This document shows positions 10,914-23,182 of a DNA stretch of 64,000 nucleotides, one piece after another (the stretch's first letter is position 1; every line of letters starts with the position of its first letter). The translations under genes and the position numbers were made by a program. The notes under the pieces are model-generated. The model had not been told where the DNA came from and searched no databases. It was given only the letters and a program-made list of their open reading frames with translations. Source of the stretch: Cetorhinus maximus (taxonomy: Eukaryota); contig NC_135896.1 in NCBI RefSeq assembly GCF_964194155.1, positions 96,162,001 to 96,226,000 on the forward strand, read 5' to 3'.

Positions 10914-13136
10914 TTTTGGCAGATAAAGCAGAAATACAAATTAATCTAATTCATATTTAAATTGTCGTATTTTCCTTAAGTAGATCTTAAATATTCAGAC
11001 ATCATTTGCTGCAAGGATGACGGCAAAAACACATCTAGTGTAGAACAGATAACGTATTTGTTGCACCACTTGCTACTGCATGTATGAACTAATTTTTATG
11101 GAAAAATATTGTTAAAATCCTATTCAAGACATGATCGAGATTGAGTGGTTCAGTGGGTTTGTACATGGTCACTACGCTTTTGGGAATTTGGTTCAAATCC
11201 AACTCAGATGGAGGGACAGAACTCTCTGTATGATTGTTGTAAGGACCTGAAACTAAATTACATTTGCAGTGTTGTTCGAAGAGGCCACAAGGCTTGTTCA
11301 AAGCTGAAAGGTCAGGTGGAATATGTTCAGACTGATTTTGGAGTTAGGGCATATTATCGAGCATCGTGAACTTTATCTCCAGCTTAACAGAGCGTATGCG
11401 ATGTTGGTACTGGCTGAAAATGCAAATGTCTCCTGTTAATGAGTGCAAAATTCACCAGGACAAAAATAAAATTAAAATTGGGGAACCCGAATTAAAACAC
11501 TGATTATAAAATCCACTGATCACTGCAGCTATAGATAAAACAAACAAAAATAGGCCAACCAGAGGCCCTTTGAAAAGAGCTATTGGCTCTTACAAGGACC
11601 ATTTGTCCAATTTTCAGAAATGGGTTCTCCTCAATTGTACAATCAGCAACTCTTACTTTAATTAATACTCCTGATAGGCAAGCATTATTTTTATCAAATA
11701 TTGATGAAGAATTTAGTTTAAATTAAAAATCTGAGTGTTTAAATTTCTTCATAAATGATTACTGTGGCTATAATACATTTATGCTTCAGAACTTGACCAA
11801 AGAGTACAAAACTATCTCTTTCATCCTCCAAATCTTCCCTTAACTGGTAATATTATTAATACCACTATCCTCCACTGGATCAACATTTACAGTCCATTCA
11901 CCAAAAACACTGCGTGGCAACCATTCAATTGTATCACACTTAAGAGTGGTGCTGTGAGGGTTATGCTATATAACTCAGTGAAGATGAACTAATGTTGCAT
12001 GACATCCCACTATCAGGCAACATGCAAGGGGCTTATGCACTTCTTTGTAACTAATATTGAAACCATTTGTTCAGCTGCCTTTTCTGCTTCCCCTCCCCCC
12101 AGCCCTATGCCCACCAAGTCAAGTGTGCCTCTCCAACTGTAGCCCTGAACCCCCTTCGCTCTCTAATTTCCCTTTTATCTCCCTCTATGCCTTCTCCAAA
12201 GTCATTTCATCTACTCCCAGCTCCCTTGACCCCTTTCCCACTAAACTACAGATCACTCAACATCACTCCTCAGACTCTAAGCCATGAAACTGTAAATGGC
12301 TCTCTCTCCCCTGGAACTTTCCTCCCCTTTCAACCATTCCTCAAACGAAAATCCTCAACTCTAGTTGACAGACTATCGCTCTGTCACCAACCTCCCTTTC
12401 TTCTCCAAATTCCAAGCGGGAGAGTGGGCTTAGAGTAGGTGGATTGATGTGGATAAAATGATTGCCATGGGCTGAGTGGGCAGTATCAGTTTCAGTGCTC
12501 TAAGATTCTATGATGGTAAAATTCAATTGTGGAGTGGGTGCAATACAGATGGTAGCTGATTGCAATGCTCACTCTGCTGCTCAGCTGGGTATCTTAAACA
12601 GACTTTATCATGATTATGGGGGATTTAACCAGCTCATCATGCTTTTGCTGGCATTGAACCCACATGTGCAATGGAAGAACTGCAATTAGTTTTATTACAT
12701 TCCCAAGCTAGTCCAAGAGAGGGAAACTAGGTAGGATTCTGCCCCTAATTGTTAATAGCACCCTACTGGAAGTCGATACTGTTTGAAAATAAGTGAGACT
12801 CGGCTGAGATGGTCCTGCAGTTGTATAGCCCACGGGGAGTCCTTCAGGAGTCCATATGATAATTGCCTAATTGGATGAGATATAAATCATTCCAGAATTG
12901 CACCCTGAGGTGAGTTACTACCCTCAGGAGGAAAGTTAAAGCAATTAAATTACTTTTTAACCTTTTGTAATCTACATGAACAAATGCTTGGATTGTGAAA
13001 ACAAATTTATTTGTGGATTGTGCACACGTCACTATGGATCAGGAGGATTGTTAAACTCTGCTTTATTTGCAGCTGTATGAAACATTTATGGCAAAAAAAT
13101 TTGGTGTAATCAATACAATAATTGTACAAGCATTTA

Positions 13137-13372
13137 CAAACCTGCTGAACATCTGTAATATCACCATTTTATTAATAAAACCCTTTCATTCGATTTTGTC
13201 AAATGAGTTGAACTGAATGTTAATAGATATAAATTGTGAACCGATTATTAGTCCAAACCTGCTGAACATCTGTAATATCACCATTTTATTAATAAAGTCC
13301 TTTTGTTCGATTTTGTCAAATGAGTTGAACTGAACATTAACAGGTATAAATTGTGAACCAATTATTAGTCCA
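13137..13372. repeat. Direct tandem duplication, two copies of a 117 bp unit
   Basis: cctgctgaacatctgtaatatcaccattttattaataaa starts at 13141 and again at 13258, with scattered substitutions. Confidence 0.9.
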
Positions 13373-13971
13373 ACAACAAACTTCAAACAAGGGCTAAACA
13401 ACCATTATAACAGTTAGCTTGTAAGCAGACCATAGTCACTGTATTTAATTACAAAGTCTTTAAACAAAGCGAGGAATTGGAAGGAATGCAAAGATTTGGA
13501 AGAGTACAGACTTAAAACACAGATACAATTTCTACTGATCATATAAGTCACAAGAACCCCAGGTTTGACTACTTTTTATAATCATATGCACATACCTATT
13601 TCTTTTGATTATCAGAATCATTAGATTTTGCATTGGAGAACACCACCATGCTGCAGGAAATAAAACTACTGTAGGCTAACGTTTAAACAGCATGACTAGA
13701 GTAAAAAAAAAACAGATTGCAAGAAATGTGAATGAATTTTGAATCTTTATTCCATAAAAAAGAATTGTGAAAGTACCTTGAGATCAACAACATCTCCAAA
13801 TGAAAATAAGCCTTATAACTTTAAGAGAATTCACTTAAAGCTTTCAGGATTCTGATCAGCATAATACCCATTGTGTTTCAACAAGGAGCTTGATGGTAAC
13901 GATAAAAAGTGCTTTGTTTTGAGTGAAATAAAAATGCTCTTAAGAGCAAGAACAGAACATAAGAGAAAGGT

Positions 13972-14069
13972 GAAATAAATACAGAAAATGCTGGAAAAAC
14001 GCAGCAGGTCTGGCAGCATCTGTGGAGAGAGAAACAGTTAATGTTTCGAGCCCATATGACTCTTCTTCG
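13972..14069 (-). mobile_element. Short Penelope-derived element with degenerate hammerhead motif
   Basis: Same family sequence; TSD GAGAAAGGT at 13963-13971 and 14070-14078. Confidence 0.75.
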
Positions 14070-14932
14070 GAGAAAGGTTGCTGTATTTCAGTTTCACTTT
14101 GATTTGGAACAAGACACCTTTACAAGCAGCAATCTTACAAAGTTACAAACAGGGTGGTCAAGTATCATCTGAGTGTATTAGAAATATGTTTTTACTTTAA
14201 TCACTATCAAGTTAATTTTATGTGCTCATGAAAGTGAAGGATATCAGTGCTGGAGAATGAAAAGCACTGTATTTTTAGCACCTATACACATCGACCAGGT
14301 CCTTATGTAGACTATATGTAAATTAAATCTTGTCCTGTGCAGCTCAACAACCCTGTCTCAGGAGACCATCGCATGTGGTACCAATGGGATCTTTCAAATA
14401 TTCCACACCAGCCAGCCTTATGTTTTTCCTGAAAGGAGGTGTCAATCATTAAGTTCCACTAAGTTGCCAAGAGTTTTGTGCGTGGACCCAACAAACTGGA
14501 CTGGGATTGCTCAGCCCAAGCTTAGTGCATTTAGCCATCACAGCTAGGAGAATATTGTCCTTTCTCTGAATTGAATTTGAGGCTGAGTCTCAACAGTGGT
14601 CACATTTTGGAACTTTGGAACACAGAAAGAATTTGGGGAAAAGTTACTTTTAAATGTTTTTTTTTTAAATATAGAGTGTTCACGTGAGTTTTGTTTCAGA
14701 AAAAGTGTCAAAACAAAATGTGGCTAAAATTTTATATACTGTTTCCCCAATGGTTTTAAGCAATAATTAATTAATTAACTAACCTCAGGAATCAGTAAGC
14801 ACCTTGCACCCATTGTGCTGGGAAATCCCTGATCTTGAATGCTTTGTAGGAGTGATCCAGCTGGTTTTCCCTTTTGGCTGTCAGCACAGCATAACTTAAA
14901 AAAATGACAGAGGGTGCATACACAATATATAT

Positions 14933-15550
14933 ATGAACAAGGAGCAGGAGTAGGCTATTCAGCCCCTCGAGACTAGTCCACCATTTAATAAGATCATGAC
15001 TGATTTGATAGTAACCTGAAATCCGCATCCCAACTACCCCGATAACCTGTCACCCCCTTGCTCACCAAGAATCTACCCACCCCGGCTTAAAAATATTCAA
15101 AGACTCTGCTTCCATCAGGAAGAGAGTTCCAAAGACTCATGATTCTCCAAGTGAAAAAATTTTGCCTCGTCTCTGTTTTGAATGGGCAACCCCTTACTTT
15201 TAAGTGATTTTAGTGACCCCTAGTTCTAGATTTTTCCACAAGAGGAAACATCCGCTCCACATTCACCTTGTCAGGACTCCTCAGGATCTTATGTGTTTCA
15301 GTTGAGTCGCCTCTTACTCTTCTAAACTCCAGCAGATACAGGCCTGGTCTGTCCAACCTTTCCTCATAAGACAACCCACCCATTCCAGGTATTAATCTGG
15401 TAAACCTTCTCTGAACTGCTTAAAATACGTTTACATCCTTCCTTAAATAAGGAGACCAACACTGTACACAGTATTCCAGATGTGGTCTCACTAGTGCCCT
15501 GTACAACTGAAGCATCACCTCCCTTTTGTATTCAATTCCCCTCCCAATAA
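14933..15550 (-). mobile_element. CR1 LINE 3' fragment
   Basis: Minus [40 protein letters not shown] and a 3' UTR like that of 5969-6926. Confidence 0.88.
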
Positions 15551-16134
15551 ATGATTGAGTGATGGGTGAGTCAGAAAACACTGGAAGTGAGTGCAAACTT
15601 TGGATAGGGGTTATTTTGTTTAAATCAAGCAAGGTGATCCACTAATGTGGGAAGTGTAGCATATTCATTACTTTTGTATTATTACACATAGTCAAAATCG
15701 TACTGATGACATATGTAAGTCTGATCCAATCTGTTACTCTGCCTGTTCACTTGAAATAAAAGAATTTAGCAATTTGTATCTGGCCACATTTTACTTGGTC
15801 TGCCTTCAAAATGTTTGGAGAGACTCATGGAGAATGTGCAAAGCATGCAAATATCAGGTTCCAATGACAAAGGACTAACATTGCTGCACCCTTGTGTTAT
15901 GTCATCATATCATTAGATATTGGGCAATGTGAGGCTACAAAGGCATGTAGAAGGCATTGCATTCACTATGAGTGACCACTGCAACTAAAGACGATAAAGT
16001 TTTTAGGGCCGACCTTAAACTTGTGCCAACAGAGTTCCAACACACTATACAATTCAATTCCTAAACTTCATCACTTAAGTGTAAGAGGAAGTTGCACACC
16101 AAAACGGTACTATTTTTGTCCTTATAGATGATTA

Positions 16135-18127
16135 CTAATCGAGGGATATATAGGATTGGATAAAGAGAAAAAGGGAGACTTATGGCAGATACCGAGGGCT
16201 CAAAACAGCGGAAGCCCTAGAGGAGTATAGAATGTGTAAGGGGAACTTAAAAAGGAAATTAGGAGAGCAAAAAGAGGGCATGAAAAACATTGGCAGGTAA
16301 AATAAAGGAAAATCCAAAGTTATTTTACAAGTACATTAAGAATAAGAGGGTAACTATTGAAAGAGTAGGGCCCATTAATGACCATAGTGGTAATTTGTGT
16401 GTGGAGCCGGAAGACGTAGGTAGGGTTCTATACGAATACTTTGTGTTGGTGTTCACGAGTGAGAGGGACGACGTGGGTATGGAAATCAGGCAGAAGGACT
16501 GTGATATAATTAAAGAAATTAGCATAGAAAGGGAGGAGGTTCTAAGTGGTCTGGCAGGCTTGAAGGTAGATAAATCTCCAGGCCCGGATGAAATGTATCC
16601 CAGGCTGTTGAGTGAGGCAAGGGAGGAGATAGCAGGGGCACTGGCAATAATTTTCAATACCTCTCTGGCTACAGGAGATGTGCCAGAGGACTGGTGGACA
16701 GCCAATGTGGTACCATTGTTCAAGAAGGGAGGAAGGGATAAACCAGGGAACTACAGGCCAGTCAGTCTAACCTAACTGGTGGGGAAACTATTGGAAGCAA
16801 TTCTGAGGGACAGAATTAATCTACACTTGGAGAGGCAGGGATTAATCAAGGACAGTCAGCATGGTTTTGTTAAGGGGAGGTCATGTCTGACCAATTTGAT
16901 TGATTTTTTTGAAGAGGTGACCAGGTGTGTAGATGAGGGCAATGCATTTAATGTGGTCTACTTGGACTTCAGCAAGGCTTTTGATAAGGTCCCACATGGG
17001 AGACTGATACTGAAGGTAAGAGCCCATGGGATCCAAGGCAATTTGGCAAATTAGATCCAGAATTGGCTGAGTGGCAAGAAGCTGAGGGTGATGGTTGAGG
17101 GGTGTTTTTGTGACTGGATGCCTGTGTCCAGTGGGGTTCCAAAGGAATCGGTGTTGGGGACCTTGCTGTTTGTGGTATATATAAATGATTTAGACTTGAA
17201 TGTAGAAGGGTTGATCAGTAAGTTCGCGGATGACACGAAAATTGGTGGGGCCATAAATAGTGAGGAGGATAGCCTTAAATTACAGGAGGATTTAGACAGG
17301 CAGGTCAGATGGGCTGATCAGTGGCAAATGGAATTTAATCTGGATAAGTGTGAGGTGATGCACTTGGGCAGGACAAACAAGGCACGAGAATACACGATGA
17401 CCCTGGGAAGTACCAAGGATCAGCAGGACCTTGGTATGCATGTCCACCAGTCCCTTAAGGTAGCTGGACAAATAGATAAGGTGGTTAAGAAGGCATATGA
17501 GATACTTGCCTTTATTAGCCGAGGCATAGAATATAAGAGCAGGGAGGTTATGCTGCAACTGTGTAAAATGCTGGTTAGGCCACAGCTAGAGTATTGCGTG
17601 CAGTTCTGGAATCCACATTATGGGAAGGATGTGATTGCACTGGAGAGAGTGCAGGAGAAATTTACCAGGATGTTGCCTGGGCTGGAGAGTTTTAGTTATG
17701 AGGAGAGATTGGATAGACTGGGATTATTTTCCCTGGAGCAGAGGAGATTCAGCGGGGACATGTTTGAGGTGCACAAAATTATGACGGGCATAGAGAGGGT
17801 AGACAGGAAGGAACTTTTCCCCTTGGTGGAGGGATCAATAACCAGGGGGCATAGATTTAAGTTAAGGGGCAAGAGGTTTAGAGGGGATGTGAGGAAGAAT
17901 TTTTTCACCCAGAGGGTTGTGGGAATCTGGAACTCACTGCCTGAAAGGGTGGTAGAGGCGGAAACCCTCATAACATTTAAGAAGTATTTGGATGTGCACT
18001 TGCGATGGCATGGCATACAAGGCTATGGGCCTAGTGCTGGAAAATGGGATTAGAATAGTTAGGTACTTGTTTGACCGGCGCAGACTCGATGGGCTGAAGG
18101 CTGTAGACCTCTATGACTCTATGACTA
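16135..18127 (+). mobile_element. CR1 LINE, 5'-truncated, near-intact RT domain
   Basis: ORFs 16290-16775, 16779-17054 and 17088-18053 are in one frame broken by two stops; motifs KSPGPD, NYRPVSLT, QHGF, YLDFSKAFDKVPH, KFADD; tail (CTCTATGA)n. Confidence 0.95.
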
Positions 18128-18539
18128 ACATTTTTGGAGAATGTCCCTGCTTTTCTTAATTTCTCCTGATTACATGTATAGAATGTTCTGTGATGCAGAG
18201 AATGGGCAGGTGACATTGGCCTCTTCCTATACCACTGCAGCAGAATGAATGTCATATTCCCATACATTGACTCAATGCAACTTTTCTCCTTCCCAGTGAC
18301 TGCTGTCCATTATCCGTCACCATTATCCTGATTGATGTGGCTATAATTAGAAATTCTCTAAGTGGAGAATCAGAAGCGCCCATGTTACATCGTGTTGTAA
18401 CTTGTGTTCATGACCACCCTGTCTATCCAGACCAGAAGTCACCTGGTTCAAATCCTGGTAGTGGTAAGCTGGCTGATCCTGGTCAGAGTGACAATAAGGA
18501 TATTACAATTGACCCCCATGTCCCTCAATTAAAGGAAAA

Positions 18540-18920
18540 TAAAAGAAAGGCTTGCTTTTATATTACATCTTTCATGATATCAGGATGTCCCAAAATGCTT
18601 TGGAACTAAGTACCTTTGAAGTTGTTATAAGAAAACCAATTTGCACACAACAAGCTCCCACAAACAGCAATGAGATAAATCACGATAATCTGTCTTTTTA
18701 TACAGGTGTTGGTTGAGAGATAGATATTGAGCAGAACGCTAGTGTCATCTTTTATGTTATGAGAGAGTCCTAGATTTAATGCCTCATCCAACAGTGCAGC
18801 ACACCCTCAGTACTGCACTGACATCTCAGCCTAGGCTATGTGCTCTGAAGTCTCTGGTGTGCGATTTAGTAGCATGAGAGTTTTGACTGAGAGGTGAGAA
18901 GGCTACCATTGAGCCATGGC
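18540..18920 (-). mobile_element. Deu-domain-type SINE (SacSINE1/AmnSINE-like), degenerate
   Basis: Reverse-strand core agtgcagtactgagggtgtgctgcactgt with an L2-like tail; similar copies at 32865-33265, 50560-50985 and 60885-61220. Family name from recall. Confidence 0.55.
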
Positions 18921-19704
18921 TGACAGGGAAGGGAAAGTCACCAAAGTTCCATTCCTGATTGTTGTTCCAACAACCCCTGCTGGCAAAATGAGTTGCATGG
19001 ACATTTGGTAAGGGGAGTATTGAGCTGGTCTGGGGCGCTCACTCTCCCCCCTCCATTCCAAAGGTATAATTGCTCGTTGACACACAGTCAAGATTGCAGC
19101 TGAAGATTGCACACTGGGTAACTGGTGGCTGTGAAAGAATACCTGATGGTAGTTAGTGATTTTAAGTAAGGATGACAAAAGAAAAGAGGGAAAGGAACAG
19201 GTCAGAAAAAAAGAAGTGGATCTCAGTATAAGTTAAATAAACAACTTCCTATGCAATATTCAAATTATATACTGCACGTATTCCACTGTTACGTGATTTG
19301 CAATGAATAATTTTGGCGCTGGAGTTTAGGTTTCATGGGATAGTCTTTTCCCTTCTCATAGGAAAATGTTTGCCTTTCGTGACAAGTAAAATACTCATGA
19401 ACACTGAGTGCCAGCAAGAGGGACAGGTCAGCTCTGCCACTTTAATGCCCTTTGTTTAAAATAGTTGCACCCACGGGAAATCCTGGACAAGCTCACGCTG
19501 AGATTTGCCGTGGTTTCAGCTGATGTTCACTCTTGCTGGACTGTTCCATTTCTTCTATCCACAAAGAAATTGGTTCTATCTAGGTTGTTATTTTAATTCT
19601 GCCCTTATATATGCCAAAAAGAACTATTTTTCACAAGGTGCTGTTGATCAAATATGCTGTATAAGAGGAACTGCATGATTCCAATTAAATGTCCATTTTC
19701 TCTC

Positions 19705-19960
19705 AGCAAATGTGATGTGAGGAAAAACTTTTTCACACAGCGAGTGGCTCGGGTCTGGAATGCACAGCCTGGAAGTGTGGTGGAGGCAGGTTCATTTGAG
19801 GCATTCAAGAGGGCATTAGATGATTACTTGAGTAGAAACAATGTGCAAGGGTACGGGGAAAAGGCAGGAGAATGGCACTAAGTCATGATGCTCATCTGGA
19901 GAGCCTGTACAGATACGTTGGGCCGAATGGACTCCTTCTGCACCATAACAATTCTGTGAT
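19705..19960 (+). mobile_element. CR1 LINE 3' end, antisense within the CHRM5 3' UTR
   Basis: SKCDVRKNFFTQRVARVWNAQP...; closely similar to 9200-9440. Confidence 0.88.
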
Positions 19961-19987
19961 CCTGTCATTCTGTATACCTGGTGGAAT

Positions 19988-21580
19988 TTACTTGTTGGTG
20001 GCTGGGTATTGACTGTGGCAGCATAACTTCTCTTCATTCCTTTTCCCTTTCCATTGAAATAATAACAGCATTTTGAAAGTTTTACGAAATGTTTTGTTAC
20101 ATAGAGCATAACACATAGGATTGACTGTACTGTTGACGTAACACAACCAATATCCAAGATACCACAGTGACAGTGGTACACAGTTTGAACAGAATGTTGA
20201 GACTAATACCATAATATTGTAAGGTGTCCACGTGATGATGAAAGCGAGTAGGATAGCACTAAGTGTCTGGGCTGCCTTTTTCTCTTTGATCAAAACCAAC
20301 CGTTTTCTCTTTGTGATCTGAATTCCAAGGTTTTGATCAAGGTTTTTAATAAATGGAGCTTCTGTGTTAGCAGATGAGCAAGGTGTTATTTTTATTTCTG
20401 TACAACCATTACTTGAGTCCGCAGTTGATGAGAAACTGCCATTTTCAGCAGCCAATTTATTAGATTTGTGGGAAACGTATTTTTTAACATTCTGCATTTG
20501 TTTTTTTACAGGGGACACCAGGTAGTTTTGATGTTCATAATCATTTATTATAGGATGCTCTTCCAAGGTCATCTTGGTGTCATCTTCACCAGTACACATA
20601 TCATTCTGATTCTGTCCCTTAGACACTGAGCTGACTGATTTTGTAGTGAGCTTTTCATCATCCTCTGATGTTGGGTGATTAACAAAAGAAGCCATTTTAT
20701 CACCTTTTAACCATTCATCTGTGACATTTGGAGCATGTGTGGATTTTAGAGTTACTGTTGTGCTTCTGTTTGAAGAAGACCATGATATTTGGCATCTTGC
20801 CCTGTTGGAGAGTTTGCGTTCTTCACAACCGAAGCAGGACTTCAAAAGAGTCTTTTTGGAAGATGCAACCTCATTTTCAGAGCCTGAATTTGTTCCTTGA
20901 AGCTCTGCCAGATCTTTTGTGCGCTTTTCTGTCTCTTTATAGATACGGCAGTACAATATTGTCATCACCGACACTGGAATATAGAAAGCGGCTATTGCTG
21001 TACCGAAGGTAATAATGGGCTCGGACAAAAATTGTATCTGACACTCGCTTGGATGCACTGTTCTTTCTCCAACGAAGTATTGCCAGCATAAAATTGCAGG
21101 GGCCCATAATACAAAAGATATTAACCAAGCAAGCCCAATCATAATACCAGCCCTCTTAGGCGTACGCTTGGCCCTGTATGTTAAAGGCCGTGTGATTGAG
21201 AAATATCTGTCAAAGCTTATGAGGAGCAAGTTCATGACAGAAGCATTACTAGCTACATAGTCTAGAGCCAGCCACAGATCACATGTCAAATTTCCCAGTG
21301 CCCAGTAGCCTATTAGTATATAAGAAGTGTAGAGATTCATTGAAAACACCCCAATGATGAGGTCGGCACAGGCCAGACTTAACAAGTAATAATTGTTCAC
21401 AGTCTTAAGCTGGCTGTTCACTTTGAATGACACAATAACTAAAATGTTACCTATTATAGTTATAAAGCTTACAATTGCAGTAATGGTGGCAATCGATACT
21501 ACTTTCAAGAGGCTGTGCCCTTCCTCTTGATTGGAGATGTTACCGTTTAGAGATGTATTCTTTAAGAGGTCCAATCCCAT
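19988..21580 (-). CDS. CHRM5: Muscarinic acetylcholine receptor M5 (530 aa, single coding exon)
   Basis: 7TM class A GPCR with muscarinic motifs [87 protein letters not shown]5-type [18 protein letters not shown], plus AVEN/EMC7 synteny. First in-frame ATG is 21580; the ORF track starts at a TTG. Confidence 0.96.
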   Translation of the reverse strand: MGLDLLKNTSLNGNISNQEEGHSLLKVVSIATITAIVSFITIIGNILVIVSFKVNSQLKTVNNYYLLSLACADLIIGVFSMNLYTSYILIGYWALGNLTCDLWLALDYVASNASVMNLLLISFDRYFSITRPLTYRAKRTPKRAGIMIGLAWLISFVLWAPAILCWQYFVGERTVHPSECQIQFLSEPIITFGTAIAAFYIPVSVMTILYCRIYKETEKRTKDLAELQGTNSGSENEVASSKKTLLKSCFGCEERKLSNRARCQISWSSSNRSTTVTLKSTHAPNVTDEWLKGDKMASFVNHPTSEDDEKLTTKSVSSVSKGQNQNDMCTGEDDTKMTLEEHPIINDYEHQNYLVSPVKKQMQNVKKYVSHKSNKLAAENGSFSSTADSSNGCTEIKITPCSSANTEAPFIKNLDQNLGIQITKRKRLVLIKEKKAAQTLSAILLAFIITWTPYNIMVLVSTFCSNCVPLSLWYLGYWLCYVNSTVNPMCYALCNKTFRKTFKMLLLFQWKGKRNEEKLCCHSQYPATNK

Positions 21581-21739
21581 GATTTCAGAAACTGGAATAA
21601 TATTGGGAGTAAACAATGAGTTTGAGGCTTCACTCTGCTAAAATCAGACGAGGACACCTAATATCCATGGCATGAACTTGCAGTGATAGTGGAGTCACTT
21701 CTCCTGTAGGTATCTTTCCTGTTTGTTTCTTCGATTCTT

Positions 21740-21757
21740 CTGAAAAAGAAAAATGAT
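21740..21757 (-). promoter_or_regulatory. CHRM5: Splice acceptor of the CHRM5 coding exon (exon begins at 21739)
   Basis: Minus strand tcatttttctttttcAG, 159 nt upstream of the ATG; muscarinic receptor genes have spliced non-coding 5' exons. Confidence 0.7.
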
Positions 21758-22154
21758 GATTACCGAAATTGTTCCCTTTAGTGGCCTACTGCTTGTTTTC
21801 CAGTATCCAGTATGATGTCTTAAACACTTGCATTTGATTCAATCGTTTTGATTAACTTGACTGGTTAAAGAAAAGGAATGAAATAACTAATCCAATTTAG
21901 AGCACATTTTAGGCCCTTTTTCTAGTCTCAGCCTTTAACTAGTCCTAGAACTACAACCGGTAATTCAAATGTCTGATATCTTGTCACAGTACGAATGTAA
22001 TAATGATAATACAAAACATTTAATGCAAATTTATATAGAACTGTTATGTGGAGCTGAACATGTTCCGGAAATGTTGCCTTGCCGCAGATACTGCAATACC
22101 AGAGCCCTCATCAGATACGGAAAAGGGGCTGTGCCCACAAGCTAATCATCTCTG

Positions 22155-22496
22155 TGGGCAGATGATGGCATAGTGGTAAGGTCAGCTAAACTAGAGATCC
22201 AGCCTAATGCTCTAGGGACATGGGTTCAAATCCCACTACGGTAGCTGGTGGTAATTTAAATTCAATTAATAAATCTGGAACTTAAAGGCTAGTCTCGGTA
22301 ATGACAACAATCAATCAATCCCATCTGGTTCACTAGTCCCCCCCTTTAGGGAGAAAGAAATCCATCATCCTTATCCAGTCTGGCCTACAATATGACTCCA
22401 AACCCACTGCCCCCTTAAATGGCCCAGCAAGCCACTCAGATTAGGGACAGGCAATAAATGCTGGCCTTGCCAGTGATGCCCATGTCCCATGAAAAA
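22155..22496 (+). mobile_element. tRNA-derived SINE with LINE-shared 3' tail
   Basis: A-box-like tggcatagtgg, B-box-like gggttcaaatccc; tail ggcaataaatgctggccttgccag matches the LINE end at 59986-60010. Confidence 0.75.
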
Positions 22497-22613
22497 ATAT
22501 TATGACAAAACTCTCTGAACTTTGAGTACAATTGGAAAATTGCAGAATGTGCTCAGATATCGGCTGATTAGGTTACAGTTTAAGTTTCTGATAAAATTAG
22601 TGTGCATACGCGT

Positions 22614-23137
22614 AACAACAACTTATATTTATATAGCACCTTTAACTTAACGAAACATCCCAAGACACTCACAGGAGCATTATAAAACAAAGTGTGACAC
22701 TGAACCACATAAGGAGATATTAGGTCAGATGACCAAAAGCTTGGTCAAAGAGGTAGGTTTTAAGGAGTGCCTTCAATGAGGAAAGTGAGGGAGAGAGGCG
22801 GAGAGGTGTAGGGAGGGTATTCCAGAGTTTAGGGTCTAGGCAACTGAAAGCACAGCCACCAATGGTGGAGCGATTAACATTAGGAAGGGTCCAGAATTTG
22901 AGGAGTGTAGATATCTCGGAGGGTTGTGGGGCTGCGGAGTTTACAGAGGTAAGGAGGGGCAAGGCCACAGAGGAATTTGAAATCAAGCTTGAAAATTTTA
23001 AAATCAAGATGTCGTTTGATTGAGAGTCAGTGAAAGTCAGCGAGCACAGGGGTGATAGGGGAACGGGACATGTTGCAAGTTAAGATGCAGGAAGCAGAGT
23101 TTTGGATGCCCTCAAGTTTAGAGGGTAGAATGTGGCA
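22614..23137 (-). mobile_element. L2 LINE 3' fragment
   Basis: Minus ORF IGGCAFSCLDPKLWNTLP...LKALLKTYLFDQAF (L2 ORF2 C-terminus); tail gctatataaat...(gtt)n. Confidence 0.85.
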
Positions 23138-23182
23138 AACGTAAAATAACTGCAAAATTTTCAATCAACTAATACAATTGGG

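Noticed and set aside
17088-18053. 321 aa RT ORF as a domesticated or active gene
   Set aside because: Part of a 5'-truncated CR1 with upstream in-frame stops and no endonuclease or promoter.
21581-21616. N-terminal extension of CHRM5 in the ORF track (542 aa)
   Set aside because: Starts at TTG; the first ATG at 21580 gives 530 aa, in line with typical M5 length.
22160-22245. tRNA genes suggested by A/B boxes (also 32865, 33975, 44040)
   Set aside because: No complete cloverleaf; each continues into a SINE body, so they are SINE heads.
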